Positions 46,173-55,924 of a stretch of DNA of 64,000 bases are shown in pieces (the first letter of the stretch is position 1; every line of letters starts with the position of its first letter). Origin of the DNA: a virus (Duplodnaviria > Caudoviricetes). The notes under the pieces are model-generated. The model was not told the DNA's origin, ran no database searches, and worked only from the letters and a program-made list of their open reading frames with translations. The position numbers were made by a program, and so were the translations under genes. The stretch lies in the IMG/VR virus record IMGVR_UViG_3300023055_000005. One strand, given 5' to 3'.

Positions 46173-46216
46173 CGGCATAAAAGCATAGAGCCGGGCTTGC
46201 GCCCGGCTCTATGCCC
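46173..46216. terminator. GGCATA-hairpin-TATGCC element between convergent genes
   Basis: CGGCATAAAA-GCATAGAGCCGGGC-TTGC-GCCCGGCTCTATGC-CC. Confidence 0.8.
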
Positions 46217-46238
46217 TAACCTGGAAGAAGTTCTTCTT

Positions 46239-46697
46239 TTAACCCTGGCCGAGGACGTTGGACGTCTTCGGCTGATTCAATTCCTGGATGGTGCGAATTA
46301 CCTTGCGGGTGTCTTCGCGCATCTGGGACAGGTCGTATTTCAGCCATGCAGGGCATCTGGCGATCACCTGCGCAATCAGAAGATCCAGATCAGCGCCACA
46401 AAGGGCACCCAGACATGTGAGGTCTTCTTTCCGGTTCTCATCCTTCCACACCAGTGGAGTGAGGAGTGCAGGAAATTCGAACGCTTGCCCGTTCTCACGG
46501 ACCAGTTGCTCGAAAACCGTGTTGAGCTTGGCCATCACCAGCCGGTCCATGCGCTTGCTGGCGGACAAGTGCATGTAGAGGGTGACGGCAAAGATCACTT
46601 GCTTGACGTGCAGAGAAACCGCACGCGAGAAGAAGTCACTGAAGAAAGATCCCAGCGATGACTTCATCGACGTGGTCATGGATCCACTGACATTCAT
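46239..46697 (-). CDS. Hypothetical protein
   Basis: 152 aa ORF downstream of RNase H that fills the gap to the terminator; start uncertain. Confidence 0.6.
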   Translation of the reverse strand: MNVSGSMTTSMKSSLGSFFSDFFSRAVSLHVKQVIFAVTLYMHLSASKRMDRLVMAKLNTVFEQLVRENGQAFEFPALLTPLVWKDENRKEDLTCLGALCGADLDLLIAQVIARCPAWLKYDLSQMREDTRKVIRTIQELNQPKTSNVLGQG

Positions 46698-46765
46698 GTA
46701 AGGTGTCTCAAAAGCAGCTTCAACGTAGAAACTCCCTGCCCCCTTGGTAGGAGGCAGGCCCTGGT

Positions 46766-48289
46766 TTAACGCGGCAGCAGTACGAGGTTGGAGTACGGGC
46801 TGGAGTAGATCACCGCATCGTCAACAGTCTGCACGACCGTGGCGAAGCGGAAAGCCTGACCGGATTCTTTCCACGTTACAACCGTTACCTTAGGCGACAG
46901 TTCCGCAATCGCACTGAGGGCATTACGAACAGCGATATCCTGACCCACGGTCAAGCAAAGCTTGGCTTCACCCTTGTGAGTATCCGTGTCGAAGCCGACG
47001 ACGGCGTCGATGGATTTCAACGATCCGTTGATCTCTGGGAGCAGCTTTGTCTTGCTTGCGGACTTACCGGGAGTGGATACATAGAGTAAGTCGGTAATGT
47101 CGGTGTAGACCATTCCCGGCTTCTTCTCCAATGTCGCTTCCAGCACGTCCTCCAGAGTACCGAGAACTTCCAACGCCCGGAAAGCCATCCGAGGCGGGTT
47201 CAGTTCTTCAGTCAGCGGGAGATGGCGAGCTGTGTTAGGCGACTTGGAGTTCTGGTCGTCATCCTGACGAATCTGGTAGACACCGCCGACCAGCGAGATA
47301 TCCAGACGACGCGGATTACCACGGGTCATGAACGTATCGCCATATTCCAGCAGGTCGTTGTACACGTCCTTGTGGAGGATGTTCTTCAGCTTGCCGAAGA
47401 TCAGCGAGTTGGCTGTGGAACGATCGACCTGGTTCTGGTAGGTACGCACCAGTTCCATGACCGGATCAGGTTCCTTCAGGAACATCACGCTGTAGCACGA
47501 GTTGGCAATCGGCTTGCCGTGGTACTCGATCTTTTCCTGCAGATCGCAGGTGTAGTAGATCGTGCGCCCATCCTTGGATGCGTTCTCGGTGCTGATGTGG
47601 GTGTTGAACAACCACCCGGTCTGGTAGATCAGACGATTGCGATCGTTGTCCCGGTTCCAGTAACCCTTCCCCGGTGTGAGGTCTCGTACCGTGAGCACGA
47701 CCCGGTTGACCGAGGCCGACACTGCACGTGTTGCCAAGCTGTCCGCCAGATGGTTGCCGAGATTACCACTGTGACCCTTGACCCAGTTGTAACGGGTCTT
47801 GGTGCCACCATCTTCGACTTCACGCTTCAGGGCGAGCAGCTGTTCCCACAACTTTCGGTTAGGCACTTCATTGCCGTCCGGTCGCATCCACCCCCGGCTC
47901 TCCCAGCCCTTGTGCCATTCAGTCATGCCCTTCAGCACGTACTGACTGTCCAAGTGCATGGTCACCGCTTTGAGCCCGTGGTCACGGACAAAGGTGAATG
48001 CTTCAATCGCTGCCATCAGTTCAGCGATGTTATTGGTAGATCCGTCCGGGAGCGTCCCGAAGAAGTCGACGTAATCGACGACCGAAATCGAGGGCTTGCC
48101 CGTTGCTTTCATTTCGTAGCCACCCGCTTCCGGGTTGGCCTTCGGACAGCCCGAACCTTGCTTGGGCGCGTCCAGAGTAAAGGTGTAGCCATGAATGCCC
48201 CAGCCGCCAGGGCCGCGTGGTGGCATGCACCCGCCGTCGGTATAGAGAACCGCGTGGGTAGCTTTGATATCTTCGTTCTTCTCTGCCAT
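46766..48289 (-). CDS. rnhA: Ribonuclease HI with long C-terminal extension (phiKZ gp155-like)
   Basis: YTDGGC, NNIAELMA, LDSQYV, PNRKLWEQL, WVKGHSGNLGNHLADSLA. Confidence 0.92.
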   Translation of the reverse strand: MAEKNEDIKATHAVLYTDGGCMPPRGPGGWGIHGYTFTLDAPKQGSGCPKANPEAGGYEMKATGKPSISVVDYVDFFGTLPDGSTNNIAELMAAIEAFTFVRDHGLKAVTMHLDSQYVLKGMTEWHKGWESRGWMRPDGNEVPNRKLWEQLLALKREVEDGGTKTRYNWVKGHSGNLGNHLADSLATRAVSASVNRVVLTVRDLTPGKGYWNRDNDRNRLIYQTGWLFNTHISTENASKDGRTIYYTCDLQEKIEYHGKPIANSCYSVMFLKEPDPVMELVRTYQNQVDRSTANSLIFGKLKNILHKDVYNDLLEYGDTFMTRGNPRRLDISLVGGVYQIRQDDDQNSKSPNTARHLPLTEELNPPRMAFRALEVLGTLEDVLEATLEKKPGMVYTDITDLLYVSTPGKSASKTKLLPEINGSLKSIDAVVGFDTDTHKGEAKLCLTVGQDIAVRNALSAIAELSPKVTVVTWKESGQAFRFATVVQTVDDAVIYSSPYSNLVLLPR

Positions 48290-48342
48290 GTCAAAACCGC
48301 CGCTAGTATTCCTATCTGATTGGTAGCCCAGGTAAAGAAATA

Positions 48343-48894
48343 CTAGCGACGACGTGGACCCCCGGTATCAAAAGGTGCAACCACCTCATGGCCGGTAGCA
48401 GAGGAAGAGACAGGCGGAGCGGGTGGGACTTCATCTCGCTTCAGAGCCTCGATCCTGTCGACGATCTGCGAGGTTTCCGGAGTAGCCTGAGCCGCCTCAC
48501 GCCGAACCGCTGGTGTCTTACCGTCCCGAGCCAACAGGGCGTTGGTCAGATCAGTAACGATGATCAGCGACTCTGCGTACTTCGCCTCAAAGCGTACAGA
48601 CCTCGTACGCTCCAGCTCAAGATCGCTGGACAACGTTTTGACTTTCCCCTGCTCAACCTCCAGCTGGTACTTCATCAGCTCACTCTGATGGTAAGTCGTA
48701 CCTGCCGCAGTGTTGTAGGAGATGACCTTATCGGCCATGTACAAGAACATCAAGAACAGCAGGATGTTCAGCACAGTCATCGCGGTGATGATCTTGTTCT
48801 TTCGGACAACCTCTTTCAGATCAGCATTGCCCAGGACCACTTCCTTCAGGAAGGGCCAGATGGCGAGAAGCCCCTTCAACAGGCTGTACAGCAT
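48343..48894 (-). CDS. Single-TM coiled-coil protein (inner-spanin-like candidate)
   Basis: IITAMTVLNILLFLMFLYM TM helix followed by a periplasmic-type coiled coil. Confidence 0.55.
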   Translation of the reverse strand: MLYSLLKGLLAIWPFLKEVVLGNADLKEVVRKNKIITAMTVLNILLFLMFLYMADKVISYNTAAGTTYHQSELMKYQLEVEQGKVKTLSSDLELERTRSVRFEAKYAESLIIVTDLTNALLARDGKTPAVRREAAQATPETSQIVDRIEALKRDEVPPAPPVSSSATGHEVVAPFDTGGPRRR

Positions 48895-48972
48895 TTTACG
48901 TTTCCCCAGTGGGAGTAATGGTATGGCTTCTCATATTGATCTTTCTCCAAACTTCAGCACCGAGGTGTTTAG

Positions 48973-50316
48973 ATGCTTAACCTGAAGGGCTTCCTGGTCA
49001 TTGGACCAATGGCCGACAACGCACCCAACGTCGTGGCTGACTTCGGTGAGATCTCCGCCAAGGCGCTGACCTACGCAACCGACCGTCTGCTCTACACCTC
49101 CCCTGACGCCAAGGGCGTGGGGCTGGTTGTCTTCCAGAGTATCGATGAAGGCACCGATGGCACCATCGAGCCACCGTTCGATATCCACGACAATGTCCTG
49201 AAGATCGGCGCGTGGTGCTACAACGCATCCGAGCAGGGCATCATCACTGGCACCCGTGAGGACTTCCTCACTGCCTTGATGAACGAGTGGGGCGACAAGA
49301 TCGACAACGTCACCTTCGGCGACCTGGTCACCGATGGTACGCGCTGGATGCCGGAGTTCCTCACCTGGCAGTTGACCGCCGGTACGAACGTGCCCGAGAA
49401 CCGTCTGAAGATCTGGTTCTCCGACAAGGCCTTCCGCCTGCAGTACGACGCGTACACCATCCGCGTGGTGCCGCCGATCGACAACCTCGATGACTTCTTC
49501 GCCGATCCGCTGGACGTGCAGGCGCTGGTCAACCTGCGTACCGTCAGCGAGACCCTGGAACGTGTGGATGCAGCCACCAACGGCTCCCCGTACACCACCG
49601 TTCGCGCCGACGTGTTCGACTACCAGGATCAGTTCGACCCGACCTTCAAGGTGCCGACGAACTGGACCACGATCCACTACGGTATCGCGGGCAACAACAT
49701 CGACACGATCAAGGAAGAGATCGTCAAGCACATCCTGGAGAACTCCACCCATCCTCGCGAGGACTGGGTCAAGATCTTCCCGGATCTGTTCACCAGCACC
49801 GAGTTTATCATGATTCCGAACTGGCTGCAATACGCCACGGAGAACAAGACGAACCAGGCTGGCATCTACTCCCCGATCCTGCGTCACCTGGACGGCATGC
49901 AGCTGGCGCGCTGGGCGTGCAAGAGTCCTGGCTACAACGAGGACCACTTCAGCACCTATGGCACCACCTTGCCGGTGATGTTCAAGTCCATGTCGCTGAT
50001 GGTGGTGGGTGGCCCGGAGAACCGCAACGGTACGTTCCTGCTGACGGACTACGTGAAGGACTACATCAACGTGCCCTCCACGTCGATCGACTTCTCGCGC
50101 ATGTCCCCGGCAACGCGTGAATGGGTCCATCTGGTCTCCACGCTGCTGACCGCGGCTGAAACCATGACCGAGTTCTCCGACGTTCCGCAGAAGGTCAATC
50201 GCCTGATCCGTAACGGGGTCATCTACGCTGCTGCCAGCTTCAACAAGGTGCAGTATCTGGTCGTGGCCAAGGGCTGGCTGGAAAAGCAGACCGTTGAACC
50301 CGTACCGCAGCAGTGA
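48973..50316 (+). CDS. Virion structural protein (phiKZ gp157-like)
   Basis: MLNLKGFLVIGPMADNAPNVVADFGEISAKALTY; NNIDTIKEEIVKHILENS…WVKIFPDLFTSTEFIMIPNW. Confidence 0.7.
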   Translation: MLNLKGFLVIGPMADNAPNVVADFGEISAKALTYATDRLLYTSPDAKGVGLVVFQSIDEGTDGTIEPPFDIHDNVLKIGAWCYNASEQGIITGTREDFLTALMNEWGDKIDNVTFGDLVTDGTRWMPEFLTWQLTAGTNVPENRLKIWFSDKAFRLQYDAYTIRVVPPIDNLDDFFADPLDVQALVNLRTVSETLERVDAATNGSPYTTVRADVFDYQDQFDPTFKVPTNWTTIHYGIAGNNIDTIKEEIVKHILENSTHPREDWVKIFPDLFTSTEFIMIPNWLQYATENKTNQAGIYSPILRHLDGMQLARWACKSPGYNEDHFSTYGTTLPVMFKSMSLMVVGGPENRNGTFLLTDYVKDYINVPSTSIDFSRMSPATREWVHLVSTLLTAAETMTEFSDVPQKVNRLIRNGVIYAAASFNKVQYLVVAKGWLEKQTVEPVPQQ

Positions 50317-50321
50317 GGTGA

Positions 50322-50939
50322 TTGATGGCAAGTATCCTTCCGCCCATTGAAACCCAGGGTCAGTTCGAGCTTCGCGCTCCCTGGGCTGCAGATGCATCCG
50401 TGGTCTACACGGTCAAAGCAATCCGTACGTTCCCGGAACTCCTCCAGGCTGACATCGACATCTTCGCTGATTTCTATCAGCCGATGGGTCTGGTGGAGAG
50501 TGACTACTTGGCTGACCAGTTGGGCGATGCCTGCATTGTCACGCTGATCTCGGACAAGAAAGCCACGATCAATGTCCCGGACACCTACATCTCCAAGTAC
50601 CCCGATCAGGACATCGTGCCCTACATGCGCACGATCTTGGCCGTCAACTTGGGGATGGTGCCGCGCGACATGCCGTTGCAGTTTGTAGTTGAGCAGGTCT
50701 CTGCCGCTGTTTCCTCGTCGTTCGGCGTCATTCCTGCAATCTCCATTGCCTCGGCACCCTCCACAGGAGTGGTAACCACGACGCAGCATGAAGCACTGGA
50801 ACGAGTGCGCGGTGCTGCGGCTACCAATCGTGACACCACAGAAGCTCGCTTGATTGCCGCCAACGCCGAGATCGCTCGGCTGCAGGTGATCATAAAGGAC
50901 TACGAGCGCTCGATCATGGAACAGACCATCATCGAGTAA
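50322..50939 (+). CDS. Conserved hypothetical protein, probably virion
   Basis: GAGGTG RBS; LPPIETQGQFELRAPW…VPDTYISKYP…LAVNLGMVP; C-terminal coiled coil. Confidence 0.7.
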   Translation: MMASILPPIETQGQFELRAPWAADASVVYTVKAIRTFPELLQADIDIFADFYQPMGLVESDYLADQLGDACIVTLISDKKATINVPDTYISKYPDQDIVPYMRTILAVNLGMVPRDMPLQFVVEQVSAAVSSSFGVIPAISIASAPSTGVVTTTQHEALERVRGAAATNRDTTEARLIAANAEIARLQVIIKDYERSIMEQTIIE

Positions 50940-50940
50940 C

Positions 50941-50978
50941 AACATACGGGGAGGGGCTCGCGCCCCTCCCCTATGCCG
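50941..50978. terminator. CATA-hairpin-TATGCCG element between convergent genes
   Basis: AACATACG-GGGAGGGGC-TCGC-GCCCCTCCC-CTATGCCG; the 22-nt hairpin is identical to the one at about 18.41 kb. Confidence 0.8.
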
Positions 50979-51941
50979 TCAGGTGTACTTGAGGTTTGGT
51001 GCAGTGACGCTGGTGGTAGCCTTGATTACGTCAGCTTCGATCGAGCCGCCAGAGATCGTGCCGGTCATCTTGGACGTGCCAGTCACCACGAGATTGCCGA
51101 TGGTGGCAGTGCCCTTGACGCCAAGGTTCTGGGCGATGTCGACGTCACCGCTGATTTTGGTGTTGGGTGCCTCCACCGTAACCAACTTGGTTTCCATCTT
51201 GATCTCATTGCCAGCCGTCATCTCAATGGAGTCTTTGGCCTTCATGAGGATCTTCTTGCGGTTCAGCTCCACCAACGTCTTGTCGGCGTTGAGCATGCGC
51301 AAGATCGTCTCCACCGAGTCGAACTCAAACTCGTTGCCCTTCTCATCGGCGATGAACATCGCGCCGTCTTTGAGATTGAGCTGAACGGTGAACACTGCCT
51401 TCTCGCCGTTCTTGGCAGAGTTCTCCAGCATGATGTACTGACCATGCGAGGACATCTCCAGGAAGTAGCAGAAGCCTTCCTTCGTGCCGTCTTCCTTCTC
51501 TTTGCTCGTGCCGGAGATGGAGTAACGCACCGTCTCCAGCTTACGCAGGTTCAGGTCGAGGTCCAGACAGTGCCAGTACAGCTGAGGGGCATCGCCGAAC
51601 TTCATGACGATCAGGCGCTCACCACGGCGTACGTTGGGCGGGGTCTGACGATTGCCGCCACCCAGGTTCAGCCACTGAGCGGACGGGGTGATGGTGCTCT
51701 CGGTCTTTTCGGTGTAGGCCTTACCTTCGCCGTCCACACCTTCGACTTCGACCTCGTTGTTCTCGGCAGTGATTTCACCGTCAGCCATCGGGAAGCCTTC
51801 CACCAGCCACACCCGCAGTTCGGTTTCAGGCTTGAGGTCTTCATCGGTTTCGATGGACAGGTTCTCTGCCGCGTAGGCGAAAGAGTGGAAGTGAAAGCCA
51901 GAGGGCAGTTCACCGAGATTGCTGGGAGCGGCGTCAGCCAT
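50979..51941 (-). CDS. Baseplate central spike protein (gp5/gpV-like; phiKZ gp164-like)
   Basis: OB-fold-like N-terminus (AQWLNLGGGNRQTPPNVRRGERLIVMKFGD…LYW) followed by short beta-strand repeats (ISGDVDIAQNLGVKGTATIGNLVVTG). Confidence 0.7.
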   Translation of the reverse strand: MADAAPSNLGELPSGFHFHSFAYAAENLSIETDEDLKPETELRVWLVEGFPMADGEITAENNEVEVEGVDGEGKAYTEKTESTITPSAQWLNLGGGNRQTPPNVRRGERLIVMKFGDAPQLYWHCLDLDLNLRKLETVRYSISGTSKEKEDGTKEGFCYFLEMSSHGQYIMLENSAKNGEKAVFTVQLNLKDGAMFIADEKGNEFEFDSVETILRMLNADKTLVELNRKKILMKAKDSIEMTAGNEIKMETKLVTVEAPNTKISGDVDIAQNLGVKGTATIGNLVVTGTSKMTGTISGGSIEADVIKATTSVTAPNLKYT

Positions 51942-52007
51942 GGAAGTACCTTCGTATTTAGTTACGCGGCGTTCTCAGGATATGTAGAACAGCGCGAAAG
52001 GGTTCGT

Positions 52008-54482
52008 ATGCGAATTGAAAAGGTCGAGCTCGTAGGATATACACGTCTCGCAACGTTGAATAACATCCACGAGTTCATCTATACCCCCACCTCGGATTAC
52101 CAGCTGATCCTGGGGACCAATGGGTGCGGCAAGAGTTCGGTGATGCGTGAGTTGTCCCCGCTCCCGGCGAACAAGGACGACTTCGTGAAGGGTGGTCGAA
52201 AGGTCGTCCACCTCACCCATGAAAACAGCTATTACATCTTCACCTCTCTGATGACGGGTGGCACTGGCAAGCACAGTGTCCTCAAAGACGGCGTGGAGTT
52301 GAACACCAGTGGACTGGTCACTCTCCAACGTGATCTGGTCAAGCAGGAAGTGGGACTGGATCAGGAACTGCATGATCTGCTCACCGACCGTATCCGCTTC
52401 AGTCGGATGAAGGCCAACGATCGTCGCCATTGGGCAACCCGTCTGTCCACGGCTGACTACCGCTACGTCATGGTCAAGTACAAGGAGTTCGCTACTCGTG
52501 CTCGTGACGCGGAAGGTTCGATCAAGGAGTACGAGCGCCGCGTGATCCAACAGACCACCCGTCTGCTGGCACTGGAGGACATGGACAACCTTGATACCCG
52601 CATTGCTGACCTGACAGCAGAGTTGGTTGAACTGTTCTCCCAGCGCAAGTCTGACCTGCCGCATTTGAACGCGGTGTGGCATCAGTACAACAACAGCATC
52701 GAACAGATCGAGCGTGATGCCAAGGCATTGCTGAAGATCAACTCGTTCTTCCCGGCACAGTACAGCTTCACCAACGTCGAGCAGATGCAGGCGCACATCC
52801 ACAAGCTCCAGGAAGACCTCAGCGGCGCACGGGGACGCTTCGACGTATACTCCCGCGACTACGCAGACATGGAGACTGTGATACGCGCTCTGGAGGAATC
52901 TGGGGCAGACAGCTTGGACAAGCTGCGCGAGATGCAGGACAAGCTTGGTCGTGACATTGCAGCCATTGATGAGCAGGTCATCAACTTCTCCAATGCAAGT
53001 CCGAACAAGAACACCCTGTCTGATTCCCACGACGTCATCAACACCTTCGTGGATATCTTCTCCAGTCTGCCGGACAACACCAACCGCTACTACACCAAGC
53101 AGCGGCGTGAGGAAGTGCGTACCGAGCTGACTGACCTGAAGCGCCAGATCCAAGGCGAGGAGAACAAGGTCGCCTCGGTTGAACGTCGAGTCGAGATGAT
53201 CATGGCGGCCAAGGATTCCACCTGTCCCAAGTGCGGGTATGTGTGGAAGGAAGGTGTCAGCGAGAACGAGGTGGAGGGTCTGCTGGAAAGCAAGGCCATG
53301 CTGGAAGCTGGCGTGAAGATCTTGGAAGGGCGCTGCGTTGACCATGAGCGCTATCTGGAAGAGATCGACACGATCGCCTTGCAGTACACCCGCTACACCA
53401 AGCTGTGCCACGACTATCCGCGTCTGTCGCCTCTGTGGGACTACGTGGCAGCCAACAACTGCATGTCCTCCAATCCCAAGATGCACTCCGGGATGATTCA
53501 CACGTGGATCAACGAGGCAACGCTGTTGGTGGAACGTGCGCAGAAGGCTGAAGACCTCGATCACATCCAAGCTGCTCTGCGTAAGTCCGACCTCACCGGT
53601 GGTGGGGAAGGTGCGCATTACAGCAAGCGACTGGCTCGACTGGAGCAGGACATTGCTACCACGTCCAACGAGATTGCACACCTGAGCAGTGAGATCTCCT
53701 CGCTGACCACGGTCAAGTCTCGTATCGACGAACAGTTGGCGCGCTTTGCTGATCTGACCATCCGCATGGCTCAGGCCTACGAGCATGTGCAAAAGCTCGT
53801 GGAGATCGAAAAGAACAATGGCGTTGAAGGGGTGATCTCTACCCACCAGACTCAGCTGGCAGCATTGCAGCAGAAGATGACGGAGAAGATCACACTGACG
53901 GCGATCATTGAAGACCTGAAGAAGGCGATGGAGGAAATGGAAGTCCGTCGTCGGGCGCTGCGGATCATCGAAGAAGAGCTCTCTCCCAAGAGCGGCTTGA
54001 TCGCTTCGCTGGTGCTGGGTTTCATCAACGCGCTCACAGATCACATGAACTCTGTCATCGCTCCCATCTGGGAGTACGACATGGCCATCCAGTCTTGTTC
54101 GATGGCAGAAGGCGATCTGGATTACAAGTTCCCGTTCATGGTGGCAGCTAACAGCAAGGCCATCAGTGACGTGTCGGAAGGGTCGGATGGTCAGGTGGAG
54201 TTGTTTGACTTCGCCTTCAAGTTGACGGCAATGGTTTACCTCAACCTGCAGAGCTACCCGCTCTGGCTGGATGAGCTGGGCAAGTACTTCGATGAGAAGC
54301 ACCGGTCCAACCTGATGATGTTCCTGAAGAGCGTAGTGGATGATCGCACGATCACGCAGGTGTTCCTCACCTCCCACTCGGCTACTCAGTACATCACCAT
54401 GAACCAAGCCCAAGCCTGCGTTCTGAACCCGGCCAACATCGTGGTGCCTGAAATCCACAACGAGCACGTGGTAATGCACTGA
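52008..54482 (+). CDS. sbcC: SbcC/Rad50-like SMC ATPase (phiKZ gp165-like)
   Basis: Walker A GTNGCGKS, coiled coils, CPKC zinc hook, signature SEGSDGQ, Walker B LWLDELG, H-loop TSH. The true ATG is at 52008 inside ORF 50973..54482. Confidence 0.9.
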   Translation: MRIEKVELVGYTRLATLNNIHEFIYTPTSDYQLILGTNGCGKSSVMRELSPLPANKDDFVKGGRKVVHLTHENSYYIFTSLMTGGTGKHSVLKDGVELNTSGLVTLQRDLVKQEVGLDQELHDLLTDRIRFSRMKANDRRHWATRLSTADYRYVMVKYKEFATRARDAEGSIKEYERRVIQQTTRLLALEDMDNLDTRIADLTAELVELFSQRKSDLPHLNAVWHQYNNSIEQIERDAKALLKINSFFPAQYSFTNVEQMQAHIHKLQEDLSGARGRFDVYSRDYADMETVIRALEESGADSLDKLREMQDKLGRDIAAIDEQVINFSNASPNKNTLSDSHDVINTFVDIFSSLPDNTNRYYTKQRREEVRTELTDLKRQIQGEENKVASVERRVEMIMAAKDSTCPKCGYVWKEGVSENEVEGLLESKAMLEAGVKILEGRCVDHERYLEEIDTIALQYTRYTKLCHDYPRLSPLWDYVAANNCMSSNPKMHSGMIHTWINEATLLVERAQKAEDLDHIQAALRKSDLTGGGEGAHYSKRLARLEQDIATTSNEIAHLSSEISSLTTVKSRIDEQLARFADLTIRMAQAYEHVQKLVEIEKNNGVEGVISTHQTQLAALQQKMTEKITLTAIIEDLKKAMEEMEVRRRALRIIEEELSPKSGLIASLVLGFINALTDHMNSVIAPIWEYDMAIQSCSMAEGDLDYKFPFMVAANSKAISDVSEGSDGQVELFDFAFKLTAMVYLNLQSYPLWLDELGKYFDEKHRSNLMMFLKSVVDDRTITQVFLTSHSATQYITMNQAQACVLNPANIVVPEIHNEHVVMH

Positions 54483-54493
54483 AGGAGAAATCG

Positions 54494-54916
54494 ATGGCAA
54501 CTGATTTTGTGGAAAAGAAGTTCACGGCAGCCGAAGTGGCTGCCTTGCTCACCTCGGCCGATGACATGGGCGGTGGTCTGATCAACATCTTCGGCAACGA
54601 CGTTGCCAATGTGCTGGTCACCGAAGGCGCTGACACGGAGAACATCCGTAAGCACTATCGCGCCACCTTGCAGGCAGTCAGCGAAGGGTTCATGGACCTG
54701 CGTGCCCCGAACGTACAGATGACGGTCTTCGTCAATCTGGTGCGCCGGATCATCCAGTCCACCCCGACTCCGGTCACCGAGATGGACAAGAACATCAAAC
54801 GTCTCTTGTCGCGCTGTTACTTCACCAGCACCTTCTCGGCAAGCCTGTTGAAGCACATGCACTTCGATCGCATGGCCCAGAGCCAGTACGTGTACATGGT
54901 TCGTGATGCGGCATAG
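54494..54916 (+). CDS. Hypothetical protein
   Basis: 140 aa; AAGGAG RBS directly after sbcC. Confidence 0.75.
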   Translation: MATDFVEKKFTAAEVAALLTSADDMGGGLINIFGNDVANVLVTEGADTENIRKHYRATLQAVSEGFMDLRAPNVQMTVFVNLVRRIIQSTPTPVTEMDKNIKRLLSRCYFTSTFSASLLKHMHFDRMAQSQYVYMVRDAA

Positions 54917-54948
54917 AGGGAGGGGCTTCGGCCCCTCCCCTTATGTTG
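54909..54948. terminator. GGCATA-hairpin-TATG element between convergent genes
   Basis: CGGCATAGA-GGGAGGGGC-TTCG-GCCCCTCCC-CTTATGTTG; overlaps the upstream stop codon. Confidence 0.8.
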
Positions 54949-55815
54949 TTACTTGTAGACGCGCTTGAGGTGGTCGAAGCCTTCGCGGTAGGCGTTGGCT
55001 GCCAGCACGGCGTGGTAGTACAGCGTGCTCAGCGCTTCGGCACGCGAGGCCAGGCGCCAGCCCATCTCGGCCATGACCTTCAGCTGCGGACCGGAGATGC
55101 GCTCGAAGCCCGGCTCTCGGTTGGTGATGCGCTTGGCCAGCTCACGCATCAGTTCGTCGGCACGGTCGAGGAAGCCGTTGAGCTTGCTCAGGTCCAGCTC
55201 GTTCATCATCAGCGCCAGATCGTTCAGACGGGCACCGGTGCGGTCGTAGGAACCGACGTTGGGATACAGCGAACCGAAGGGACGCGTCTTCAGCTGGTTG
55301 CTGCTGGAATCGGAGAAGCAGGCCAGCAGGCCCTGCAGGGTTTCGGCCGGTGCCTTGTCCGAGAGCATGTTGTGACGGCTGGAGGTGACGCTCTGCAGCT
55401 TGGTCGGTTCACCCAGCATCTCGCCCAGCCAGCCCACGCAGTCCGGCAGCTCGGTCACGGCAAAGCCGCAGAGATCCTTGTAGGCCTTGTGGAGCTCTTC
55501 GACCATGGACGGGTAGTCGCTCACCAGGCCACGCGGGATCGGCATCTCCGCCACAGCCAGCGAGGTGTAGGGGAACTTGGCGACGAAGTTGTGGATGGTC
55601 AGCGTGTTGAAGCCAGCACGCACCTTCAGATCCTTGCTGAAAGCCTGCTTCAGGTAGGCACTCACGCCCTTGACGAAGGTGTCAAGGCGGCCGGTGAAGG
55701 CATTGAGATACTGGTCCCCGTTCATCGACTCGGTCGAGATATGCTCGCTGAGCTGGTGTACTTCTTCCAGGCTCTGTTCTTCTTCGGTGTCTTCGGGCAG
55801 ATCGATGTAGTTCAT
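54949..55815 (-). CDS. Internal head (ejection-type) protein with cleavable acidic propeptide (possibly phiKZ gp153-like)
   Basis: AAGGAA RBS; acidic N-terminus ending ISTES; helical body; divergent from the RecA-like gene. Confidence 0.6.
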   Translation of the reverse strand: MNYIDLPEDTEEEQSLEEVHQLSEHISTESMNGDQYLNAFTGRLDTFVKGVSAYLKQAFSKDLKVRAGFNTLTIHNFVAKFPYTSLAVAEMPIPRGLVSDYPSMVEELHKAYKDLCGFAVTELPDCVGWLGEMLGEPTKLQSVTSSRHNMLSDKAPAETLQGLLACFSDSSSNQLKTRPFGSLYPNVGSYDRTGARLNDLALMMNELDLSKLNGFLDRADELMRELAKRITNREPGFERISGPQLKVMAEMGWRLASRAEALSTLYYHAVLAANAYREGFDHLKRVYK

Positions 55816-55924
55816 TCGAGTTCCTTGACTCAATGTTGAAAAGGGTGCGTGCGGAACGCTGCTCATAAAAATAAACGTACGGACGCTATCGTTTGATGAT
55901 TTCACAGACAACAGGTGTGCAAAA

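Noticed and set aside
48305-48430. Embedded o-spanin (Rz1-like) ORF
   Set aside because: The 40 aa overlapping frame lacks a lipobox cysteine.
50973-52007. Apparent N-terminal extension making SbcC 1169 aa
   Set aside because: Antisense to the spike gene; the SMC N-terminus MRIEKVEL begins at 52008.
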